Positions 26,179 through 39,522 of a stretch of DNA of 64,000 nt are shown here, one piece after another. The number at the start of each line of letters is the position of its first letter. The stretch's first letter is position 1. Under the pieces are notes generated by a model, which had not been told where the DNA came from, did no database searches, and was given only the letters and a program-made list of their open reading frames with translations. Both the position numbers and the translations under genes were made by a program. Origin of the DNA: Eledone cirrhosa (taxonomy: Eukaryota); contig OZ024743.1 of NCBI GenBank assembly GCA_964016885.1, positions 75,764,001-75,828,000 on the forward strand. Direction: 5' to 3'.

Positions 26179-28481
26179 TAAAATATTCAATAGGAATACC
26201 ATCAAACTGTCCTACTCCACAACCAGTAACATAGCTCAGAATATAGCTAAAATGAATTATAGTAGACTTAGGACAGCCCAAGGGGGCACTAGACATGGCA
26301 GAACTAATGGCAGCTCTATCGATGAACGGACTCATACATGTGAGGCGAGTCGGGTCACCCCAACTCCTGGGAACTTACCCATAGAGGAGACAAGAACTGA
26401 GACCCGACCCCAAAGGTACCGTGGTTTCTCTGGAACTACCCAGGTCGATAACAGAAAATGTAATTGCAGGAACACCGCCACTTGCCCCATGGCTGGGAAA
26501 TGCCTCACCAAAAACATAGTCTACGACTGTAAGGTCTCCACTCTTGATAGAACCTTCAGGTATGTTGGTGCAACTGCCACTGAATTTAAGGATAGATGGT
26601 ATAATCACCGCCATACCTTTAATAGATTAGATAAAAAGAAAATAGCACGGCGCTTTCTGAATTAGTCTGGAAGCTTAAACAATAGAATATAGAGCACTCC
26701 TTATCCTGGTCCATAGTGTGCTCAGCCCAGCCTTATAACGGCAGCACTGGCATCTGTAATTTGTGCATAGCTGAAACCTTTAATATTATTAGAGGCGGCC
26801 CCCTATTAATTAATAGGAGAGCGGATATTTTCAGCAACTGCCAACATAGAACCTCGAAAACCTTCCGCAGGATTTTTGGAAAATAACCCACCACTAACTC
26901 CACCCTACTTTAGCCATAGAGTTCTCTCAATAAACAGACAATCACACACTCAGGTAGTTAGACGGCTAAGATCGTTTGCGCACTTACAAACGGTACTCGG
27001 CCTATTTCTGAGTTCTCACAGCTGAGTGCACTTTACAATACCTAGTTAGTAAATAGTTAGAATGATTACACACTCAGAATACCTAGTTAGTAAATGATTA
27101 AACACTCAAGTAAGACCGATTACGTTCATTTACCTTTACTTTAAGATACCCTAACCATTGAGTTCTCTCGGTTGGGATTTAGCTAGACGTATTGAACACT
27201 CAGTTAAGACCGTTTACGCTCTCTATACATAACCCTACACACAGTACCCGTTTTCTTTAGACATTGAGTTCCCACAGTTACGACTGGTCACGTTCCTACC
27301 GATTGAACACTTCACTAGGTTTTGATCATCTAACCATGGAGTGCTCACAGTTACGGATTGAACAATAATACTTACACACCACTAATGAGCCTACACACAT
27401 CCTCTAGGTTTTGCTACCCTTTGTTATTTTACTTTACTTTTTGTGTTGGATAACACACCTCCACCACTCAAACACATATCTTAAAAGCCCAAGGGCCCAT
27501 ATGACGGGAAATCGCACTTACTGACACCTTAACCCAAATACCCAACCCTACACGGAGCCCCTTGCTGGCCTACATAGCGGTTGCTTGCACGTACAGATTT
27601 GGGGACTCGGATTCTCAATGGGACAGCGGTACATACTGAGTTCGATATGAGCTGATTGCTTGCTCTTCACATGGATGTGTATATACCTAGACATGCACTT
27701 TTTTGGACGATACGGATGTGTATATACCATAACATACACTATTTGGAGATACGGATGTTACAATTCAATCTATACACGTATAGCAGAACACTGAACTGAA
27801 TTTGCTTGCTTGTGTGTGTATGTGTGTGTGTATGGTGCTGTGGTTGACCCAATATTTCCAATTTGCATCGTCAAATTGAGATTTAACCAATGTAGCATTT
27901 GTTGTTTTGTAAACTAACTTTCGGTGAATGCTATGTTGGTATATTCTTATATTTACTGTTTTTTCTTTGATATCGCTTCGGTGTGTGTGAGAGTGTGTGT
28001 GTACCCACTCACACTAATTGTGACCGTCTATAGTTCTACAGATTTGATACTGTGTTGATGTGTGTATATATATTTATATCTTTTCTTTGACTTCGAGTCG
28101 GTGTGTGTGGGTGTTAAGTGTGTATGTACCCACTCACATTAACTGTGACCGACTGTATTTCTACAGATTTGATTGATGTTCAGCGTCTTTTGCAGCTATT
28201 GGGATATAGAAATTTGATAGTTTTATGACCTTAACTGAAGTTGATAGCAGTCGCCGCATTTTGACTGCTTGATCTTCATATGAGGGAATAAACTCTGTGA
28301 GTGAACATTACTAATTTTCTCCCTCATATCAAGAATTTGAAGACAATTCATTTTCACCTGATTAGATCAGTGATAATTGATCATGGCTTCACGATCGATT
28401 TATCTTTTATTGAAACATGTGTCATGATTAAAATGATTGGACATTTTACCTTGCCTTCGGATTTTCATTTTGATATGTATA

Positions 28482-28484
<3 letters not shown>
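26177..28484 (+). mobile_element. 5'-truncated Penelope-like element 1: linker and GIY-YIG endonuclease remnant (26177-26886), long 3' region, ending at (TA)n
   Basis: HKIFNRNTIKLSYS, CNCRNTATCP..GKCL, VY..YVG, FKDRWYNH, then after a frameshift STALSELVWKLK, CNLC and CQH. Confidence 0.85.
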
Positions 28485-28517
<33 letters not shown>

Positions 28518-28521
<4 letters not shown>

Positions 28522-30757
28522 TATAACTCAAACCACCCCCGATCCACAATTAAATCCATAGCACGAAGTATGTCCCTTAGAATATCCCGCTTATCCTCAA
28601 ACCAAGAAATGTTTAAAGAACATGCTAACTATTATAACGCAGCATTACGTAGGGCTGGACACAAAGAAAAGTTGCAGTTTATAACGGATAACGACAACAC
28701 AAATAAACCCATTAACACCGATACCAACCGCTCATACAAAAATAGAGGAGGTAACCGGACTAGACATAAAAGTAGGCAAATACGACCTTGAGTAGGAGGA
28801 CCGAGCACGAATAATGTAAACCCCAGAAACTATAGAAGAACTAGAGAAAGAAAATACCTTTGGTTTAATCTAATCTTCAACTCCACTATAAGAACTAAAC
28901 TGCCTTCTACGTTCTTTAAACTAATAGATAAGCACTTCCCTATATGGCATAGAAATCATAACATCTTCAATAGAAAAACTATAAAGCTCTCATACTCTAC
29001 TGCTGCAAACATTGAATCGCACATACGCAAGATCAACCACAATAATACCTCTAGGAAAGATATCCCACCCATACGCAACATAGCACCAAACACAAAACAC
29101 AAACACATTACAGTATCACAACCGCAAACGCACATGAACACACCGCAGCAAAACTTCAATAGGCATAAATCACAACCCACATACAATATCTTACAAAACC
29201 GCAATGTGAAAGCTGCACAGAGTAGTACTCCGAACTGCAACTGTCGCCTACCGGATAAGTGCCCACTAGCGAATAGGTGCCTTAATTCGGGCCTAGTGTA
29301 CATGTGTACTATAAACTTGGGCAACTCCACTTGGCACTACATTGGATCCACCGCGAGTGCTTTTAAAAAAAGATGGTATGTGCACAGACACTGAATGAAG
29401 AACCGTGCACTGATAAATTCTACAGCCCTCGCCAATAAAATCTGGCAACTTAAGGACAAAAACCTTGATTATAATATTAGCTGGTCGAAATTGGCAACCG
29501 CAAAGACATATAGCAGCGGTATGTCCTACTGCGGACTCTGCAACCTTGAATTGCTGCATATCTTAAGGAACGATAAAATACTACTCAACAGCAAAATAGA
29601 AAGGTCAATTTTCTGCAGACATAGGATTGCTACAAAATCCGCGAGATTTAAACCACCGTGATTCGAACCAATACCACTTAGCTTATAACATTTGAAATCC
29701 GCCTCCTCACACAGCCCATACGGAACTATAATCTTCTAGAAATACCTTATAGCCTCCCTAATTCTATCCCACTGGAAGATGTCTACAACTATCTTATCAG
29801 CCCATAAATCAATCCTACCTTCGCTGTTATCCACTACTTCGGACCAAGGATTTATATCTCTCATTAGCACTAACGATCTCTAACAGATGAACCTAATTCT
29901 AAGTACATTATTTTATTACTCCTACACCCCTTGAAATCTCACTTTCCTCTTCTTCTTCTTCTTTTTCTTCTTCTTATTATTATTATGAACATCTCAATAT
30001 AGTCCTAATATTATTCATCATGTTCTATATACCTACCATGCACATTTTACTACTTTACTACCTTCTGTCATTTATACACGATTTGTTATTGATGCTGTGA
30101 AAAGTAAACCCCACGATTCGAACTAACAATCCCTACCTTTAGTATAGGCCACTTAAATAACGAATCTACAACTCTATTTAACACCACATAAAAGCTATCA
30201 TCATCACTAAATTAATCAAACGAAAATGTTTATCTGTCAAATAATAAAAAAATAAAAAGTAAATCTCCGGTTTATTGCTAGAATACCTACAGCACAGTGG
30301 ATACCTCATAAATTCTGTCTCTAAATACATCTTAGTGGTTACTGTTATCTATTCGCTACCCCATCACTATATCTAATGTACCCTGTAGCAGTTTTCACAT
30401 GTCAATTCCATACATCTGTATCATATCAGTCTGTTTAACATGCTAGATTCTTCATTATACTCTATCTCTTACTTATATTAATGTTATTATTTTAATTGTC
30501 TGCTATCTAGTTATTTTATTTTATCAGTGATATTATTGTTCTGGTTTAATACCACACTTATATAAAAACCATGCCTTATGTATTTTCTTCATTTCACCCG
30601 CTCCGATAAAAAAGACTGGTTATAAACAAAGTATTGGATATCGATTGGCGCAAAATCAGGCGTATAGCGAACTCTAGACCTGCCAGATCAAAGTGTCAGC
30701 AATGTGAATAAAGCCCTTATTGTATAGCGAACTATGTCAATCTTCTTTCTTGAATTA
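28518..30757 (+). mobile_element. 5'-truncated Penelope-like element 2: RT thumb, linker and GIY-YIG (single frame 28519-29661 with two internal TGA), flanked by (TA)n on both sides
   Basis: SNHPRSTIKSI..SMSLRISRLSS, YNAALRRAGH, WFN, LIDKHFP, IFNRKTIKLSYS, CNCRLPDKCP, VY..YIG, FKKRWY.H, STALANKIW, CGLC, CRH. Confidence 0.9.
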
Positions 30758-30783
30758 TATATATATATATACATACATATATG

Positions 30784-30849
<66 letters not shown>

Positions 30850-31018
30850 ATAAAATGTTACAGTATCGTAAAAGAGGATAGAAAGAGGAGGTATAAAGAG
30901 GTGTGATACAGAGTATTACATGCCAAAAGCGGGTGCCTAAGTGCTCGATGCTTGGGTTATCAGGGTTAAATATTAGAGAAGGTTAATATTTAGTGTACAG
31001 GATTAAGTAGAGCGGTGG

Positions 31019-31247
31019 TAAGCAAAATAATTAATGAAAGAGTTACAAGCCGTTAAAACATACCTTAACACTTAAATTTAATATGCACAGTGGTGTAAAA
31101 TTATTATTTTACCCTAATAGGGTATATAATTAAACACTTTGCCTTTAATATCTTCCTCAGACGAAGCCCATTAGGCGAAACATGTGCAAGAGCTTTATAA
31201 AGATATGTTTTAACGGCTTGTAACTCTTTCATTAATTATTTTGCTTA
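31019..31247 (+). mobile_element. Fold-back PLE-type terminus: ~48-bp inverted arms around a degenerate hammerhead motif, followed by (TA)n
   Basis: Arms 31019-31066 and 31200-31247. Motif CAGACGA-A-GCC-CATTA-GGC-GAAACATGT-G at 31158-31186. Confidence 0.7.
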
Positions 31248-31260
31248 TATATATATACAT

Positions 31261-31384
<124 letters not shown>

Positions 31385-31494
31385 TTATGTAATATCCATC
31401 ATTGTTAATCTGTGTTCAACATAGTTCGGTAACTCTGCTAACTGATGCTTTTTCCTTTTACTTTTCAACTTAACCCCCCCCTCTTACAATCACC

Positions 31495-31858
31495 CCCATC
31501 ACCACCACTACCACTACCACAACTACCACTACCTCCACACCACCAATACTACCTCTACTAACACCACTACTCCCACACCACCACTACTACCACTACTAAC
31601 ACCACTACCACCACCACTACCACTACCACTCCACCACCACTACCACCACTACCACTACCACCACCACTACCACCACCACCACCACTACTACCACTACCAC
31701 TACTACCACTACCACCACTACCACTACTACCACTACCACTACCACCACCACTACCACCACCACTACCATACTACCACTATCACCATCACTACCACCACCA
31801 CTACCATACTACCACTACTACCACCACTACCACAACCACTACCACCTCCACTACTACC
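31495..31858. repeat. (ACC/ACT)n compound trinucleotide repeat
   Basis: Direct inspection. Confidence 0.9.
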
Positions 31859-32213
31859 GATATCACAACTGATTTTTAAAAAAAATTCTTTAGGCTTTAA
31901 AAACATTATACATGACAAAAAAGTACATTACTAGAAATCCCATGTTATAAAATAAATAGGATGGGTTGGGGTCTCAATATGTAAACTAAACGACTAATTC
32001 TGGTTTTTAAAATAATCAACGGAGACAATCTAGAAACATTACCGATACCCCCCCCCCCCGCATATTCACCCCGCCCATCTTTATTATTTGGGACCCGAGA
32101 GTATTTCTACAGTTATAATGCCTGGAGTTATAACGATTTCTCTAGTATAAGAGTTTAGAAGACGGATTTAATAATCGTTAACGTCGAAGATAATCAATGA
32201 ATGGATAAAGTCT

Positions 32214-32330
32214 ACGTAGCTTAATGGTTAGAGAGTTGGGTTCACAATCGTGAGGTTGTGAGTTCAATTCTCGGACCGGGTGATGCGTTGTGTCCTTGAG
32301 CAAGACACTTTATTTCATGTTGCTCCTTCT
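32214..32330 (+). mobile_element. Second tRNA-derived SINE family (CORE-like), 5' part
   Basis: A-box tagcttaatgg, B-box gagttcaattc, and ttgtgtccttgagcaagacactt. Confidence 0.75.
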
Positions 32331-32620
32331 ACCTGGATTTGCGACCGATAGATGGTATTAGCAATGGAAAGATCAATGGGAATATTGTTTCCTTGGTCTG
32401 ATTTGACGAGGTCCACCCCACTCGGCAAGTGAGATCTGGGATCTTATCGATCGATCACAGCGAGCGATTTTCCAAACTCAGCAGTCGATAATAATCACCT
32501 AAGGTATACCAGACCTACTGTAATCGATTACATTAATTAGATTCGTAACTAATGAAATAAAAAAAATAAAAACAAATATAAATAAACATCATTACAGCTT
32601 TGCCTTTTAAGGTCAATAAA

Positions 32621-32775
32621 TGATGTACCAGTTAATTACTGTGTCTCAATACTGGCTGATATCTTCCCCTAAACCTGCAACATGGTGTCAATGGGAGAAA
32701 TCTGATGTACCAGTTAATTACTGTGTCTCAATACTGGCTGATATCTTCCCCTAAACCTACAACATGGTGTCAATG
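32621..32775. repeat. Tandem duplication of about 73 bp (period 82)
   Basis: tgatgtaccagttaattactg...catggtgtcaatg occurs twice. Confidence 0.9.
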
Positions 32776-33653
32776 CTAGAAGTCAATATTATTGCAGCAA
32801 TACTACTGTGAAATAGAACAAAATAATTTACAAACAACAACAAACAAAAAACATCACATCTTGGAATAACCGAAATGTGACGTATTTATCCTAATGCTTT
32901 TTAAAAATTACTTTCCATCTCCTTAAGTCTTTGGCATTTTCATTTCTCTTATGGTTTTTTAATTCTGGTATTAATTCTCTCAAACCTTTTCCTACTTAAC
33001 AAGCCATAAAGATTAGACAAGTTCCTGTATATGCCTTTCGTTCTTTCAGCTTGTAGGGTGGAAATAACATTTTCTCACTCCTGTTTACTAAGTTTCATTT
33101 ATACAACGAATGTGTTTCTAACGGCACGGAATTATGTGTTAATGGCTACTGAATGAAGTGAAAGGCGTGTGGTCACTGAGAGAAAGGATGATAGAAAGAC
33201 TACAAGTTCAAAGGACCAGATAAATATGGAATAAAGTGGGAGGTGGGGGAGGTGGAGTTATTTCAATAAAACCTACAATAAAGTACAAGCTAAGTTATTG
33301 TGAAAATGAAGATTAAAGCAGAACTATGTAGACTGATGGCCAGCAGTCATGAGTTTTACATCACAAGTGAATGAGAACGTACATGTCAAGTTATAATTAA
33401 TGAGAAATTAGTAAGGTTTACATCGAGATTATAGGTTTACTTACAATACCACTCCCTAACTTTCTGAGGCCTTAACTTACAAAACATGAAAGGACACGTT
33501 TAATTATTTCATCTAAAGATTCTTTTAGATTCAAGCGACTTTCTAAGTAGAGGTAAGTTGAGCAGATGTTACAATCTCACGGTTGTGATTCACATTTCCT
33601 TCCAGGTGTTTCATTGTGGCTCATTTTTGTCTAGTTGTACTCAGTATAATTTA

Positions 33654-33794
33654 CCATATTTCCCGGCGCCGAAGACGCTTCGTCCTCGAGGACGCACCTT
33701 AATTTTGACAACCAAAAATGTGAAAAGGACGCATAGTAGATTTTTGAGACTTATTTTAGGAAAAAAGTAGCGTCTTCGACGCCGGGAATTATGG
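33654..33794. mobile_element. MITE of Tc1-mariner/pogo type with a TA target duplication
   Basis: TA-ccatatttcccggcgccgaagacgc ... gcgtcttcgacgccgggaattatgg-TA. Confidence 0.8.
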
Positions 33795-33817
33795 TAGATC
33801 ATTTGCTATAGACTAAC

Positions 33818-34200
33818 TTGAGAGATCACAGTTCCGATACTATGGACATGTGGTTAGAATGTCTCAGGGAAGAATCACTGAATAGACTTTACGGGAAAAA
33901 CCAACAGGTAGGAGACCCAGGGATAGACCCCGAGCAAGATCGTTGGATAACATCCATGAGCCTGGCTGGTGTCGCTTGGGGAACCAGCCAGATCAGTTGG
34001 AAACGGTTGCTTCTGACAGGACACGCTGGAAGGAGTGTTTGAGAATTCTGCTCGATTGACCCTCTCAGGAATATGTGGGCGAAGAAGAAGAAGAAGAAGA
34101 AGAAGAAGAAGAAGAAGAAGAAGAAGAAAAGAAAAAGAAAAAAAAGAAGAAGAAAAAGAAGAAGGAAAAGAAAAAGACGAAGAAAAATAATAATAAGAAG
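33818..34200 (+). mobile_element. RTE-like LINE 3' end with a (GAA)n tail
   Basis: Same family as 18870-19495 (gatcacagttccgatactatggacatgtggttagaatgtctcagg). Confidence 0.85.
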
Positions 34201-34360
34201 ACTAACTTGATATCCACTGGTAGATTCGCCATTTAAATGATCAGGGCAATGTTTAGTGTTTTATATTCAGCGAACTAAATAGAAATAAGTTTGAGATATT
34301 CAAGTGAGGGACATGTAGAAGATTATTCTGGGTAAATTATATTCTATCATTTTACTTTAA

Positions 34361-34415
<55 letters not shown>

Positions 34416-34641
34416 CGGAGAAGATAGACGTGTTTTTGTTTCGCTCCTGCATTTTGTCGGAATTTATTACGAGAAGCGGTAGGTTTGTTTAAGTAATTTG
34501 TTATTTGTTGTGTTTAACCCCTCGCCTGGACCTGCAGACGTTGGGTAAAATAAATTTCGCCCCTTTTTGGGGCGAAATTTAATAGTTATAAGTTGTCGAT
34601 AAAAAGTCGTTTAGTGACAATGGACGCCATTAATACGACGC

Positions 34642-35770
34642 ATGCCACGCACCCCCAAGGAAAGTGATAGAGAGAAGGTAGCAGCACAACGCTGTAAGCC
34701 TTCCCTCCTCACTCCCGCAAAAAACACCACGGAGTCAAAAGAAAAAATTGTGGAAATGGGTGAAAACCCCAAAAGTAACAATTACACAAACAAGAACAAC
34801 AATGACAATAACAACACAACCAACAACAGCAACAATGACAATAACAACACAACCAACAACAGCAATAATGACAACACCAACAAAGGAAAAAAGCAAGGCA
34901 ACACGAATAACAACAACAATGATAACAACACGAAAGAAAACGGACCCACAGCTGCAGTCTCCTTCGCACAGGCGGTCCGAGAAACGCAGACATACAAGGC
35001 ACTGGACATCTCGAATGCCAAGAAATTGCTGAAAGAAGCAAGAAATTGTGTAACTTTCGAGGAAGGTGGGATTCACAATTACCTCCCCCGAAAAAATTAG
35101 AAGGGACACAGTACTCATGACTGTAATCTTTAGGACAGTTTCGAACACGATTAGGAAACCGGATCAATTGTCCCAAAGCGAAATTGAGCTGGTCCAAAGT
35201 AGTGCCTGGAAGGATATCACTTTCATACAGAAAGTGAAACTGTATGGAAGCATATCTGTTTTAATGCAAGATGAATTGGCGGCACGGAAATATTCTGTGT
35301 CGCCAATTGTATCCAAAGCATACACCTTTTTCCCCACATATTTGGGGAAAAGAACTCAAAAGATATGAATCTCGGGCATCAGGCCAAATGTGAGCATTTG
35401 GTGGGTGCTAACGGGATTCTTAGAAGATGAGGACACAATCCTTTCGATAAGCGAATCCACCGGGGGCGTATTCGGCGGCAATAGCCTTGAAGTTCTGGTC
35501 CAAATGAGACCAGAACGGATAGCAAGAATACCGCAGCGTGTGTCCCTGGATGGAGTCACCTTCATAAACATTTCTGTTGAGGGCAGGCGGCCTCCATGCT
35601 ACCACTGTTCAAGAAGTGGTCACCTGAAGGATTCCTGTCCCCTTTTAAATGCCCTCCCCCACCACACACTGATGTCGCCACCACATCCCAAACCACCACC
35701 CCACCAAATAACCCCGCCGATACCCCCATGGAAATTGTGCAGCCTGGTCCCCAGGGGAAGGACAGGTAGG
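34642..35770 (+). pseudogene. Tx1-like ORF1 (gag-like, CCHC zinc knuckle), frameshifted
   Basis: Asn-rich N-terminus, SFAQAV, VEGRRPPCYHCSRSGHLKDSCP. Confidence 0.8.
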
Positions 35771-35812
35771 TGTCTTTTCCTTTTTCTCCACTCTAAACTC
35801 TTCACCACCAAC

Positions 35813-38800
35813 ATGGCTGTTATAAGAGTTGGATGTTTAAATGTGCGCGGCCTGGGGATGTCCTGGAAGCAGGGCAAACTCTTAAATGACCTCAGGTCGC
35901 ACAGAATGGATGTGATAGCTATTTGCGAGTCCAGGATCAGCAGCGAGCACCAACTGGCCTCCATCTTCGACAACTTTGAGATCTATGCATCTCTCTGTCA
36001 GCCGGAGAGTGGGGGAGGGGTTCGTTCTGCTGCGAAAACACCTGGGCCTCGCAACACGGAAGGTACACCTGGACCCGGAGGGTCGACTGGTGGTTCTAGA
36101 CGTAGGCAGTAGTGAAGGTGGAGCCTTCAGGCTGGTGGCAGCGTATGCCCCATCTGGGACACCGCGACCGGACTTCTTCCGACGCCTAGAGACTTTTCTG
36201 GGAACGTCTCGCTCCTTGCTTTTAGTGGGGGACTGGAATGGTATCCTGGATGTACGTTGGGACTATGTAGGGGCATGTCTCGATAGAGGGGTGGGTGGGT
36301 GTAACAGCCTCAAACGGTTAATCGGCCGATTTGATCTGGCCGATAGATATCGACTAGATTTTCCGACTGTGCCACTGTGGACGTGGACTAATCGTAGCGA
36401 AACATCTAGGTCGTACCTAGATAGGTTCCTAGTTAGAAATAAGGATAGGGACATATTAAGCTGTCCACGAATGTTCATGGTTGACTATTCGGATCACAAG
36501 TTGGTGACCGGAGTGGTCAACCTTGATAGAACCCATAGACAAGGACCCGGTTACTGGAAGCTAAACTTGTCCTTACCGACAAACAAAGCTTACAATAAGC
36601 GGATTAGCACTCTAGTTAAGCAGCAGTTGACGGGGGAAATTGTCAACAGCAGGTGGTGGGGTTCTCTCAAGAGAGAATTTAGCATAGAATCGATAGGCTT
36701 TAGTCAGGAATTAGCATCATATAAGAATAGAACTGAGAGGGAATTGATAGATAGAGTAGAGGTGGCGATTAGGAGGGGAAACGTGGCCGGCGTGCTGGCG
36801 TCAAGAACGGCCCTAGACCAGTTCTTTGACGCGAAGCACGAGGGCTGTGTTGTCAGGAGTAAAATACGTGCTCTGGGTAACGAGGGAGCCAAAGCTGTTA
36901 GCTGGGCCCGAGTGACAGAGGCAAAAAGTGGAAAAAAGTCCACGATTCGGTCTTTGAAGGACCAGGGTGCACGCGTGATCCTTGAACCTGAGCGGGTGTG
37001 CGCGGCCTTTCAACGGCGCTTTGCACAACTGTTCGGGAGGGGCGGCGGGCCGGGTTAGGCCATGGATTTTGGTCCATACCTCGACGGTCTGCCGCGGCTC
37101 TCCGACGACGAGGCGAAGTCCTGCGAAAGGCCGATTTCAGCCGCTGAAATAGGGGAAGCGCTGAGCCTATGCGGAAAACGCAAATCTCCCGGTCTCGATG
37201 GTCTACCATACGAACTTTATGTAGCGATGTCGGACTTGTTCTCCGATCTCCCCGAGGCGGTCTACTGCAACTGGCAACAGAACGGGAGAATTCCTAGTTC
37301 TGTAACCAAGGGCGTAGTCACGCTGGTGAGGAAGGACGAGAACAAGTGGGATGACATAGCTAACTTCAGGCCCATAACTCTGCTAAACACAGAGTTAAAG
37401 ATTTTGGCCAAGGTCTTAGCGAAGAGGTTCGCGCTTGTCGTCGAGAACCTGGTGGGAGAAGCGCAGACATGCGCAATCCCGTCCAGGTCCATACAGGACA
37501 ACCTCCACCTCATGCGATACATCGTAGAGAGGGTAGGGAACGAACCCGGCTTTGGTTGGGCCCTGATCAACTTGGATCAATCTAAGGCGTTCGATAGGGT
37601 CGACCATTGGTACCTGGATGCGGTGCTCGCGGCGGCAGGCTTCGGACCCGTTTTCAGGGGCTGGATTGCTGAAATGCACAGCAGAAAAACCTGCTCGAGG
37701 GTCAAGGTGAACGGCTACCTCTCGGAGACGTTCCAAATCGCGCGATCCATCCGACAGGGTTGCCCTCTCTCCTCCCTTCTGTATATGCTGGCTCTCGAGC
37801 CACTACTGCGGAAGTTGGAGCTGTTGCAAGTAATCCCCTTGGAACCGGGATTGCGGAAAGCAGTGTTGGCCTACGCCGATGACGTGACAGTAATGGTGTC
37901 GTGCGCCTCGGAAATCAGGCAGATCGGCACCTTACTGGAGGAATACGAAAGTTTTACAGGAGCCAAGCTGAACCGCGACAAATCCGTCGGTTTGCAACTC
38001 GGAACGTGGAGAGGCAAACCGATGCCCTCCGACGACGTCGTCGGACGCTGGATGGAGGGACCGGTGAAGCTGCTCGGGGTCTGGTTCGGACCGGACCTCC
38101 AGGTGGAGAAAAACTGGGACGAGGTAACGGGCAGGGTGTTTGCACTCGCCCAGAAGTGGGCCGAGTGCAAACTATCCCTGAAAGGTCGAGCGGAGGTAGC
38201 GAACACTTATATAGCGTCCATCATCTACTACTGCTTGACCGTCGTGCCTTGCCCAGCGAAAACGCTCACCAAAATGAAGCGCGCGCTCTTCCGATTCCTT
38301 TGGAAGAAGCAGGCCCCTTTGGTGAGAAGATCCATCTGCTGTCAACACCTTTCGAACGGAGGGCTGGGGAAGCCGTGGCTGACGATGCGTAGACACGCAT
38401 TAAGGCTACGGAACATCCACGTATTCCTCACCGGTCAGCAGGTGTGGGCCCCTTTTGTGAGGCGAGCCTTTCCGAGACTCGTCTCACTCACCGAGCTGCA
38501 ATCCTGGGTCAAGCAAAGACCGAGAAAGTGGGTGACTGGCACATTGAATGTGCCCAGGCGCTCACGGCCCTCTGACAAGCGGATCCGGCAATCAGTGAAG
38601 ACTCAACCTCAATATTCTATAGAGGGTTGGTGCGCAGCAAGTGCGACGACGCTCTCGGAGAGGCTCTGGGCATGGAGGAAGACGAGCTAGCCAGTCTGTT
38701 CGGTAGGACTTTTGGCCCGGGATCGATGGACAACTTCCAAAAGTCCCTGGCTTGGCAGTGCTACCTAGGAGCTCTACCCGTTCGGGACAAGCTCTACAGA

Positions 38801-39227
38801 CACGGGCGCCCAGGTAGGGATCCCTCGAAGAAACCGTCGCGCACGCATTCGTACACTGCCCGGGCGTTGCTGACTTGTGGGGCTATGTGGAACGACTACT
38901 GTCGCGGGTGGGACCAATCCGGTTGACCACCGAGTACATTGTCACGATCAAACCGCCACCCTCCTTCAAAAACGAGGGAGAGGCGGTTTTCCTTTGTGTG
39001 ATAGCTATGGCGAAAGAGGTTGTATGGTGGACGAGGTTGAAAGGGCTGAGGTCAGACACTTTTCTCTCCAGCCAACAACTGGTCCTTTTTTTCAAGTATC
39101 ATTTTAGAAGAAGGATCAGAATGGAGAGAGAGGTGCTCCACCCTAGCAAGTTTTATGAAAGGTGGGGTGGGTGAAAGTGGCGAGAATGGCCCGAGTGAAT
39201 GGGCCTTCTCTCTCTATCAGCCTGTAG
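35813..39227 (+). pseudogene. Tx1-like ORF2 (AP endonuclease and reverse transcriptase), interrupted
   Basis: MAVIRVGCLNVRGL, YAPS, GDWN, SYLDRF, SDH, YWKLN, KSPGLDG, NFRPITLLN, DQSKAFDRV, RQGCPLS, AYADD. Frameshifts lie near 36015, 38530 and 38810, and a TAG at 37056. Confidence 0.93.
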
Positions 39228-39480
39228 GTGAGAGAGGAGAAGAGGGAGGAGAGGAAGGGATCACCCGCTCTTTGTGCTCCTGAGGAGGAGGGTTGCACAT
39301 TTTTTCGGGGTTGTGTGCGACCCACGTCAACGCCCCCCCCCCTATTGAGGACTTCGATTGTTGAATTTGATTTGTTATATGTTTTTACACGTCTTTTGAA
39401 ATGTATGTACCCCCCCCCCTTATATTTGTCCCGATCTTTGATGCCCTGGTGGCAAACAAATAGAAAGTTATCTATCTATC

Positions 39481-39522
<42 letters not shown>

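Larger units (their letters stand above)
34416..39467 (+). mobile_element. Near full-length L1/Tx1-type LINE inserted in (TATC)n
   Basis: 5'UTR, ORF1 with a zinc knuckle, and ORF2 with APE and RT domains. (TATC)n lies directly on both sides (34363-34415 and 39468-39530). Confidence 0.92.

Noticed and set aside
28789-29394. Selenocysteine recoding of the two in-frame TGA codons in PLE 2, as reported for some Naiad PLEs
   Set aside because: Neither TGA is at a Cys position. The second aligns with Thr in PLE 1 (NHRHTF), and the first lies in a variable linker and fits CGA>TGA decay. No SECIS was recognised; a SECIS search and a family consensus would settle it.
32214-32290. tRNA gene
   Set aside because: It has A/B boxes but no complete cloverleaf and continues into a SINE core, so it is a SINE head. 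The same applies to the other SINE heads.
32455-33475. Possible minus-strand exons joining to LRPQKVREWYCDYYRLLSLENRSL*
   Set aside because: The AAG acceptor is weak, no protein is recognisable, and the segment may be a DNA-transposon end. It cannot be supported without RNA data.
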